From: Tubulanus polymorphus
Taxonomy: Eukaryota; Animalia; Nemertea
DNA: 64,000 nt
Assembly (NCBI RefSeq): GCF_964204645.1
Contig: NC_134028.1
Location: 1,550,001 to 1,614,000, forward strand
Direction: 5' to 3'
Below, in pieces: positions 38,210 to 49,607 of this stretch. The notes under the pieces are model-generated. The model was given only the letters and a program-made list of their open reading frames with translations. It did not search any database and was not told the origin of the DNA. Every line of letters begins with the position of its first letter. Within the stretch, counting starts at the first letter, position 1. A program made the position numbers and the translations under genes.

Positions 38210-41153
38210 GGTTTACTCTAGAGGTTGATTGATTATATAATGAGTTTAACGGACTGTAGGCGATAGGTGAAAATGAATTTAGCTGTTTGAAAATAGGTAA
38301 TGGAAAATTGACTGACTAGTGCATATCTTGCCCTCTTATTCATATAAGATCTCAAGTTTGATATTTATTCATAATTTCAGTTTTTTCTTCTAGTTCATTT
38401 ATGACCTCAAAAATCAAACTCGTAATAGCTCACCTGAACTTCCATTTTCACTGTGATCACTCATGACTGGAGGAACTCATACTTTGAAATAGTGCCATTG
38501 ATGTGCCAAAAAACCTAGTGCGAAACGTATATCATAAATGATTGACCAGCTAGTGCTGCCACCAATGCTCTAGCGATATTCATTGCACTAATAAGATATA
38601 CACGTAACTAAATCTTTAGAATGGATAGTTAATGTATTCTTATCGATGAGAAATATGTGTGTAGATTTATAAACGGAGTAAATGCAATCATGAGTTTTAG
38701 AAATTAAAACGTGCACTGTCAAGATTATGGTTGTTTAGTTGATACATATATAAAGTATGGGATCTTTGATTGAAATGTATGTGGCAGAAACACTAAAAAA
38801 TGCAATCTCTGTTTTCTTGCTCTGATATTAGGACCTGCTGAGTGAATCTACTCTGATTTACTCTTCAAGAGTCCAGGGGTAGTCGGCTGTACACTATATG
38901 TAAGACATTCTGCCTCTAGATTTTACTATGATATTAAACTGTTACCACTATTAAACCTATTGTTTTTGTTTTATGATTTTGTATACCGCGTACTGAGATT
39001 TTCGATTCTCTTTGTCTACACGGTTCTTACAGATTAAGGAAATTCCCGGATTAACTCTTCTTGAAAACCGGGAAAATTTCTGGTCTTGTCTTGATGATGA
39101 TTGGTACACGGAACTTCTCAAGAAGAAACAGCCCCCACTGAGGTTATCGAGAGTTAGGGTTAGGATTTTGGTTTCTCAGGGTCTGTAGTTGAACCATTGT
39201 CTGCCTTAGTTAGGGTCAGGGTTAGGGAATCCTAAAGAGGCTAGACCCACGTGATATAGTTAACAGGGCACGTTCAAACTAGAAAGATGTGGGGCGACAA
39301 CTCTAGGCAGTTTCAACCAATCATTCAAATCTGTTGAAAAAGCCCGAACAGGGTGGCAGCCCCTTGCTGAATTTCTGTGAACTAATGTCTTCGCCATGGC
39401 AACTGGACCCATCATCCGACAGGAAATAAAACCGAACAAACAACTTCAGTTTCGTCTTATTACAATTTCAACTTTGGGAAGTTTATTACAGAAATATGTG
39501 TCAATATAAATATGTATCTTGTGCTAGGTAAAATCACATCTACTTTGAAATAAATGACATAAGAAATTAACAAAATTTCTGAATTAGCTGCAAAAAAACT
39601 CCCATAATTTTCTCCATGACTGGCTATTGACTCAGTTTAAATGCGCAAAGGAAATTTCTATACCTGCCATTTTCCGTAACTTGATTCGAGAGTTGTTATG
39701 AAATTTGTCATCTAGGAAATTCAAAATATTGTATATTGAATCGGAATCCAATGCCCATGTCTGACTAGTCATCCCGCCAGAACTTTTGACAGAAAAAGCT
39801 TCGAACAAAGGCAAATAAATTGTTTTTTTTTTACTACAAGTTCCATAACAACGGACAAAAAGAACCAGCATAACAGACGCATAGAAAGATCGACGATTTG
39901 ATTTCGCTAAAATTCTGAGAAATATTGTCATATTTTTAGTTACACAGTATTTATGTACAACACCCTGGTTGCCCACCCAGACTAGAATCTCTAGCATGCA
40001 CATTATTAATTACAGACACTATTTACATTTATATCATTATCATGCAATAATTCATCCATCCCAGTTTAAGAAAGCAGCCCTTTCAACTATCTACATCTTT
40101 TGCCACTTGCTAAAAAGGTAAACCATTAAAACTAATCCCTTTCGATTGATAAGTAAACTCCAAATATACATATGCTGAAGATTTACTCTTAAGGTTTAAG
40201 AGCAATTAAGTAAAACAACAGCCAGAAACAAACTGTGCAATTTGAATAGTTTTGAACTTTTAGAGGTAAGTAGTAAGATTAATAATTCGAAGGCTGCTGA
40301 AATGATGAAGTAGGCAAAAGTTGTAGACAATGAAGGTATGCAGTTATTATCTTCATATCCTTGGCACATTAACGAGTTAATATAAATTTAAAGGGGATTC
40401 AAAATGAATTCCCTGTTTGACCCTGTATTTCCGTTGGTTATAAATGTTAGGTACACACGCAATCATGTACAGTACTCTGAACGTATACCTCAGTTTAACA
40501 TACCTATATATATATATATATAGATTGATGACCAGCTATTACTGTCACTTATTAACGTCAAAAGCTTTTGTAAAAATGTTCTGACGGTTTAAACTCTTTT
40601 TTGTGTACGATTTGTTTTCAATAATCGTGAGAAATCGATGAAAGATTTTTACGCCAGTTACAAGTGTGTATTATCAGTGCAGTGATGAAAGAATAGGCGT
40701 TGTGTGATTTGATTACAATGTCATTTCTCCTCTAGTGTTTTTTTTTCGATTTAATGCGTTTTTCCTATTTGTTGAGCAACTTCATCATTGTCAAAACTAT
40801 TTACAACATAAAAATATCCTCCACTTACATAATAATTGTCCATTGATTGTTTAACAACTCATATAAGATTGTCACAGTCAATAATTACAATATTACACAC
40901 ACAAAGAATATACCTCGAGTTTATCTTACAAACGAACGTTTACTTTTCAAAAATCCTTCTACACATCATTGACCATCGACCTAGCAATTTCATTAAAACA
41001 AGTTATCAAAAACAGAGATATAGAGTTAGTTGAACGAATTTAAGCTTGAAGAGCTTGAAAGTTGGAACCAATCCACATGTGCTTCCGATAATTTTTGATG
41101 TATTGAAATATTCAGAGTCTAACAAATAGTTTTGACGACTTAAATGTAATAAA

Positions 41154-41256
41154 GCCAGTTGCACAGTCATGGTTTGGCTCCAAAAATAGGTTCTAAAATA
41201 TCATAAAATCAAAATTGCCTTAGAACGGTCATGAAAAGCCATATTGCGCAACTGGC
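41154..41256. mobile_element. Degenerate MITE related to 52075-52214
   Basis: gccagttgcacagtcatgg ... ccatattgcgcaactggc. Confidence 0.6.
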
Positions 41257-41723
41257 CTGACCAAGTTCTGAGCAGATGCTAGAAAGCCTGACATAACTGT
41301 GGAACTAGGGCTGTTCACAGAAAAACCAAAGACACTTCAAAACCTAAAAGAACAACAAATGAGTCATGAAAAAATCTATGACCAATATACATAGTATAGT
41401 TAGTGTACCGTGAATAGACTATATGGAGTCTACACAACTTCATGAAGATTCCAGGATTCTTTACAGACTTCGATAAAAACATCATCATTAAAACCACATA
41501 TATTTTCCTTGATAACAACGAATCACCTAGATCCTGGTCACAACACATATCAATGAATCCTTTGATTGGTAATACGCCTTTAACTATGCAATGGTGATGG
41601 CCATTTCAACACCTTTTGAAAACTGATAATACGTACATTGATGTAACTGTTCCAGTGTGTGAAGTCACTACTGCATTTGTAAATATTTTAGAATCAACAA
41701 ATCATGAACTTGTACCACATTTA

Positions 41724-41883
41724 CAGGGCCGCCAATACCTGGAAAAGACTACCATTTAACCAGCTGGAAATATTTCAGGAACATTTTGTAGGAAATGTTT
41801 GAATGGTAAGACCCTCACTTATTGAATCATTTCTCAAGACCAGAAAATGGCAACTAACGATAAGGGAATAGTTGGCAGCCCTG
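41724..41883. mobile_element. CAGGG...CCCTG MITE (hAT-like ends)
   Basis: tacagggccgccaa ... ttggcagccctgta inverted termini. Confidence 0.55.
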
Positions 41884-44262
41884 TAATGACAATCAAATGA
41901 GAGAGAATTCCTAATAGGTAACATAATCATCTGTAAAACTGAAATAAAATCAAAAATAATCTAAATTCTGACAACCTAATATCACTTTCATATCATATCT
42001 AATTACATCATTTTCTTCATTAATTATACACTACAATTATCTATCATTATTATTATTATTATGCATTGATAAAATTTCTCAATATATTCATTGAAGCTCG
42101 ATCTACATTATTACAGTACGGTTTAATTTGTGACGAAGGCGCAATAAATCGCTAAATAAAATCGTATAAAAAAAAAAAATCGGTGAACTCCTATCTGTCC
42201 CTGAAGTAACATCCCCTGATACAAAACATGATGAAAAGTCAAACATTTTGGTGCAAAAATGATCATTTCAAGAAATACCAGCGCAATGTCAGCTACCTTC
42301 AATAATCGAGACACAAGAAACTTTGTGGGATGACCATCTTATAAAATCATCGATAAGAATTTGAAACCTAAACGCGTAGTCTTAAACAGAATTTGAAGAA
42401 AAATGTCCACAGACAACCGTATTATGTAATTTAACTACCAGGTATTATGCGCTCAAAACAACTGACCTATTTATACTTCAAAAAGGGCAAAGCGAAAATC
42501 AATAATGGGCTGAAATAATATGGAATGTTCGCTAAAAAGTACTGACTATATTCAAATGTATTCTAAAGAGACAAATCTCTGCAATAAACATAAAATTGGC
42601 CATATCAGCCAGGGAAAAATAGACGGTTCTTAGAGAATTGAGTTAGTCATGTGTATAGGGGGTCTGTGTTGAATCACTAGTATATCACTAATAAATGAGA
42701 GATATTTTCAGTGGCAAGAATCAATACGATTTTTTCTTCTGAGAGATACTTTTGAGAGATATGTTATAACAACATTATTTACACTAATAATCAAGCGGAT
42801 TGACGAGGTTAATACAAGTACATTAAATCTACAAAATGTGCTTATTGTGTATGAAAATGGTTTTAAAACGACGATAATTTGTCATGGCGATTACTGTTAT
42901 GTTCTCTTGTTATGTCTATGAAAGCATTATATTGAGCATTATTAGGAAGTGCTGTAGAAGCATTTTCCATCGAAGAGTAATCACAGAATCAAGAAATCTA
43001 TAGCCAAAAAGTAATTCAATCGATGTTTATAGAAAATCTATCGAATATAAGCGACTGTACGCGTGTTCTTGCACCATTTTATATTCAACGCTCTATCAAA
43101 CTTAAAACTGAATTGTTAAAAAATTAAAATAGAATTCCAACTGCCAACTCCGTAACAGAAAGGGCGAGTAGAATCATGACTAAACCATTCAGAATGTATC
43201 ATAAAACGTGCGCAGTTAAGGCTTCAGGGCTAAATCGTTAGAATGGAATTTAAACAGGTCTAAAACCGACATGAGAATAAAACATCGGTTGATTTCAAAA
43301 ATAAACCGTAAAACAAAGCACCTCAGAATGTCTACATTTAGAGAGTTTACCGTGCAGAAATCCGGAACACCACAACGAACGACAATAGTTACAGATAGAT
43401 TATTAAAACAGTGTCATCTCAATAAGACGGTATAGCTATGATTAATAGAAAAAGCTATATAACCCACCAACTGAGAATTACTTAAAAAATATCTAAGCAA
43501 GTATTGGTGTAAGAAAAGAATAAAACGAATGCGTAATTCCTACAGAATAAAACTGAAAAAGCACAGATTATAGCAACAGTTCAGATTTAAATCAACTAGG
43601 TGCATCTACAACTTGACTCCGAACAATTAATCATTTTACAAACAAACTTAAAGTTTTAAGGTGTTCCTATAAAAAATGATCTCTTTTTAAGCTAGTCAAA
43701 ACATCTCGATATTCATATGCATTTATATACCTATATCATGTATCATATTACATATATATATATGCGTATGAATATGAATATTTTTGTAAAAATAAAAAGC
43801 CTATCTGCACCATAAACCAATCAGAAATCATATATAGCACTTCTTCATATCGCTGATCGTAAAAATATAAACAAACATTATAATATTTGTATTTATATGT
43901 ATATAATATATTCGTAATAATAATTTCAACATAAAATTTAAAGCATTCGAGTAAAATGCTCCTCGCAGTAAATCAATGATAGTTTCGTTCCGCCGGTCGC
44001 GGGATCCGGTTAAGATAATGACACACGCACAGTTACACACACAAACACACACAATACACGAGTTTCAACTGTGTTAAAAGACTGAGTGCGCAAAGTTCTG
44101 TCGGTGCTTCGCCATTTTTAAAATGTACGTCGTACGGTATATTTATATATCTATATATATATATATATCGTCATTTTCATCATTTACAAAATATTACAAA
44201 ATAAAAGGCAGTAGTTTTTTTTTTCTAGACGTCGTTCGAATCGGAAAAAAAACTGCAACACG

Positions 44263-47200
44263 TCACACGCGCGTACTTTGAGTCGTCGTCGATGACGAGG
44301 ATTCCGATTTGATTTTGACAGTTTTCGGTGGTTCGGTCGCGTCGACCGGCGGCGACACATCGGTCGTCGACAGGCAAGACGTCGACGACGACGGCTGCAT
44401 ATCGTGTTGACTCGATGACGAGTCGATTACGTCGTGTTGTTGCAAGTCCAGTTCGGTATCGGAATCGACGTTTGAATTGTGACGACTGGAATTTAAAGGA
44501 CTACTCGATTCGGGCAAATCGGTGTCGTTCGTAGAGTCGGCCTTCGCGATGTTTGTCATGTTCATTTCGTCGAAGCTGTCCGGACCTTCGGCGTCTTCTA
44601 AATCGTCACTGACTCCGTCGTCGTCCTCATCCGTTAAAAATCGTATACATTTTTTCTTCCGCCTGAAACAAAAAAATGACGAGGAAAAGATTTAATTTTT
44701 TGACAATCGCGGAAGCGCGGCGCGTATTCGACGCGATGAATAGAAGGTAAACATATGATTAATATAAGTTGAAAGAAAAAATTCGGGAAACTGATGAAAC
44801 AGAGCTGCCAACCACTGGAAATATTAAAGTAGAATGTTTTAAGGAACATTAAAAATGGACTGCAAGAAGAAAGAACTAAATGATCAAATTAACCAGTAAG
44901 GTTCTTAGGCAATGACTTTCTATTTCAGAATTTTTTTGCACCTCATTTCGTAGAAGTTGTTCTTTCAAAATTTTAGTGTTGCTTTATAATCAATATATCA
45001 TAGTACAACAACAGAATCCACGTAGAAATAAGGTCCACGACTTCAATATTCTCATAGTCATACATTTCAATATTATCAAAGATTTTTATTCAATGGAAAT
45101 GAATATATTTCTCAATGAATTCTGATGTTACATCTGTAATATATTACAGTACATGATGTTCAATAAAAACTTCATGGCAATCGCTACAGCAAAGCAATGT
45201 AGGATTGATACCTACATATTATTGATATCATTACAAATAATCGTATCCTATGTAATATTTATATATATATAAATATGGGTAATGTTAGCAACTGGAAAAG
45301 AATCATAATATTTGATTATCAACAATAATATATAGTTTGATGATAAAATATTCATTGGTTTCCATTGGTCGACCTAAAACTGAATTGAAATGTCGGTTGA
45401 ATTGCTCATAAAACTGCCACCAGGTTAAACAAGTTTGCTGATTATCATTTGAAGGTCAATGCGGAGGCAGGCGTAATTATGATACGGTCAACATAAAGGC
45501 TCGTGCGGCGTGCGCCGACTATTTCTGCGAATTAAACTCCCAGTCATTTTCATCTTTTGTTTTCGCGAATCAGACACGTATTTTTTTATGCGAACCATGA
45601 TGCAATTTGCGCTGAAACACGGACCTTTTGAACTGGGGAGCCTTTACAGTGCCGACATGTGATAATTAACTTTCTTTAGCCCGATATGTAGCGAACTGAA
45701 ATCGTAAGCCATCTCTCATCGATGTACTGATGTGGAAGGCGGGTGTTTTGATGCCATGCAGCCCCGACTTTTATTCTAATTCAGTGAAATGAAGCTGCTA
45801 TAATCACAGTTACATTATAAGAATATGAAATCAATATTGTATGCATACCCATGTGGGATCAGAAAGTCTTACTGCATTAAAAAGCTTTGATAATCTATCG
45901 CGGAGAAGTTCGCCACGAGCTACGGTGATTTTGAAGCTAATCTCGCAAGTTAGGACGACGTGTTTGCGACCGTAATCATCTCTTTTATGTCGGGAATGGA
46001 TTAGAACCCGTTTGTGTGACCCGTGGTTATAATACATGACACGACACTCAAATGTTGTCATCGCGATATTTTGTGATCAAAAGCCATCGGACGCCTCTAT
46101 CAATCTCGGGCGAAGACGCGTTAATCCGAAAGCAGATATTTTCATAAATACATTTCAACTATTCGCGTAGTGAATTACAAATTCAAATATGACAATATGA
46201 CGAATACACTGAAAGCTTACACTTAACAACAACATGCTTAACTGCATAATAAACATTAACAATTATACAACAATAAATATGCACGTTTCAATTTGCTTGA
46301 AAAATGACTGATAGTTTTTATTCTTAATGAATGTGTCCTATGAATATCTATTATCACTAGTGAACCAAGCTACTTGTATTAGATACATTTAAACCCCCTC
46401 CCTACAGAACTAACTTATATGCTAAGCATGATATTTCAAGATAAATCATACTGTTATATTTCTTATGAATGATATTCAGCGAAAATTGCTCATAGAGGGA
46501 TTTAAAAGAGAGTCACTGAATAGAAGGGCAGGAGATGGATCAGATTTCAGGTGATTGATGTACCTGTCGATAATTAATATGATAATAATTATTATTTTAT
46601 TATTGTTCATTATCCAAATAAACGTCAAGTATTAAGAATAAATACATTATGAAAATTATAACGAATAAAATGAAATACGCATGCAAAAATGATATACGAT
46701 ATATGATATGATATATGATCATCAACTGCTGTCTATAGAGTAAGTAATAATAATAATAATAATGATATCATTATTATCATTACGAAGGATAATATTATCA
46801 TTATCATCATCATCATCATTATCATTATTAATATCGAATTATCGTATTAATAATAAGAAGTGTTTACAACGATATACGGTGACGAACATGAGAACGACAT
46901 GAGTAAAAAAAATAAAGTGTGATACCCGGCGACAGTGGATGACGAAATATATGAAAATAATAATGACAATAATAACAACAACAGGTAGAGGCATGATCAT
47001 GCTGCGAAAAACGATCCCCATCTACCTGTCTCATAGATCAGTCGTCGTAACCTGATTCTCATCTAGGACCAAATTTGTGCTAGTCTCACTTGAGTTTTCA
47101 TGCACATAAGATCTGAAATAGAACAAGAGGCCATTGCAGAAAAGTTGATTGCGGCGCCGACCGGCACGGCACTGCTGCTACGGCGCAGGCGTGTGTCCGC

Positions 47201-49574
47201 AACGGTCGGTGCCATTAATTGATTTGTCTTTCAGTTTGTGGTGGTGGTGGTGGTGGTGGTGGTGAACGGTGCTTTTGGCGGATAGATACGAATTGACGAG
47301 CGACGAGGTCGTGTGGAGACACACGCTTCGATCGGCTTCAATTCGTTGGGTGAAATTGCTGCGTTCGTCACGTGGTGACCGACAAGCATGCGTCTGAAAA
47401 TTAACGCAAATCGCATTTCTCTCTCTTTCTGTGTGCGGTTTTATTTGTTTTTGGTTTTTCACGGCACATAAACACTGAGACAGTAGAAAGAGATGAAGAT
47501 GGTGAAATAAAGATACTACTAATACTAAACAGTGAAACGATGGTGTGACAAAAATGACAGATGGTGAAAAAAAGGCTCAAGATATTTCTATGCTTACCAA
47601 TAGAATTTCAAAGAATTTAACCGTTTAGTTTTCAGGCCCAACAATAGTTGGACTTCACGACTATCACGGAATCTGATAATCAGTACTAGCTTCATGTAAA
47701 TACTAGCTAAGAATATCATTGATAAAAAGAACAGATATCAGGGTCTATCCATCATCTTAATGAACTAGTATATCTTCCAACCTTTTTTAAGTGAAAGAAC
47801 ATCTTTTGGACCAGCAAACGTAAAGGTTTTTAGATTCGAGAAAATCAGCACAGTTGTTAAGATTTATGATTTACCGGTATTAACAGGTCCACAGATGAAT
47901 TGCACATCGATTGAACACGATAGAAAAACCATGTTAAACTAAGCGTTCAGTTGATGATCCGGGCAGGAATGAAAATATCACGGAAAAAGGGTTTAAAGAA
48001 TCGAAGGTAACTGGGAAAACGTAGTGAAGGAAGCACATGCAGTCTCAAAGAATAAGCAGTACAGAGGTTTCCGATAAAATCACGATCGACTTAACCTCGA
48101 TATATAAAGTATAAATCCAATTTAAAAACATAGTAATAATAATAATATCAAAATCAATTAAAAAATAGACCGATGATGACTTCGTTCATTATTTTCTCGT
48201 TATAGAACCTTAAACTTTTCTGCATTAGCCCCCATCACGTGCTAAAGACAAGCTGATTACTATTTTACTGTCATGCAGATGTTTTATCGAATATAGAACG
48301 TTCATTAAAAACCAATTATAATCAATCAGCTTGTCTTCGATATATACATTATATATATACACACAAATATATGATAACACTTTCCAGACTAGTAGCACTG
48401 CGCGTTTTAGGAGCGAACGCTCGGCCATCTTCGATCTTCGGTCGATCACGTGAGAACACGAAGAACAATCGGTTATTTACTACACAAAAAGTGATGACAC
48501 GACACATAACGCGGTACACAATTCCAGTACATGCAGTGCTGCCAGTCCCGACTGAATGAATCGACATACAAAGCTTGTAAAAATTGAGCGCAAACAAATA
48601 AATGAATAGAAAATAAGATTTCATCTATCGAGTATTACTGGAATAAGCAAAAAGCTGTGTGATCCTTACCTACACGGTTTACACCACTGACTTTGATGAT
48701 CTACCCCAAAGCGTGCTCGACATTTCTTAGGATTTGAACAATCTGAAACGAGCAAGATTGCACAATACTGTTTGTTGCAATGTTTGCCAAAAGTTCGTTC
48801 TAAATCTATCTTAAACGAATTTACGAATTCGGCTTGAAAGCTTTTAGTTTGTGCTCAATAAGTCGAGTATGTTGGGGAATGACATTGTATCTATAATCTA
48901 ACTAAAATCATCTAAGACCTTTTCGAATTGATTTCTCACAATTTATTATCATGATGAAAAAAGCGAAGACAAAGATTTTTCCCGAGTACAAAATCTTGCT
49001 TCGACCTACTCCAAAACGTAGTGAGATGTAATAAGCTACCAATCAGCATTAAGCGACTACATGTGATAACAAAATGGCTGTACCTCCCACAGGACAATGT
49101 GGAGAATACTATAATTGAGTTGCAACACCCTGCATCGTATTTCAATATCTTAATCAACTGTGGTAAAAATTGTAACAAATCATAAATAAAGGTCAGCACG
49201 TAACGTTGAACAGGGATTGAAACAAGTTTTTAAAATGAATTTCTTCGAAATTTAGTGCCATATCATAGGTTCTTCGGGAAAGAATTCTCATTTTGGATTT
49301 TTTCGTAAGATGCATTTAGAATGTCATCGAAGTTTGGGGCAAATAATCATTGACGGATACACTATACTCATAATTATAACGATGATAATAACATTTATGA
49401 GTGGAACTCGAACTGAAACTACTTGTGAAGTGTGAGGATCATGACACAGGGTTACAATATGCAAGAAGCAAATATACACAAACCAACTTTTCATCACAAT
49501 ATACACAATATCTCATATATACTTCGAAATAAAATTCATTCATAAGTTTCGATATGATCATGCGTAGTTTACAC

Positions 49575-49607
<33 letters not shown>

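Noticed and set aside
48349-48480. Possible extra TCF tail exon after tgtgtag ([15 protein letters not shown]...)
   Set aside because: Weak acceptor, an immediate stop in phase 2 and no recognisable motif in phase 1; not supportable without transcripts.
48990-49040. Minus-strand 'LRFGVG' resembling a second C-clamp (CRARF/CRALF) exon
   Set aside because: No cysteines, no suitable splice sites and no 73-nt exon; likely chance.
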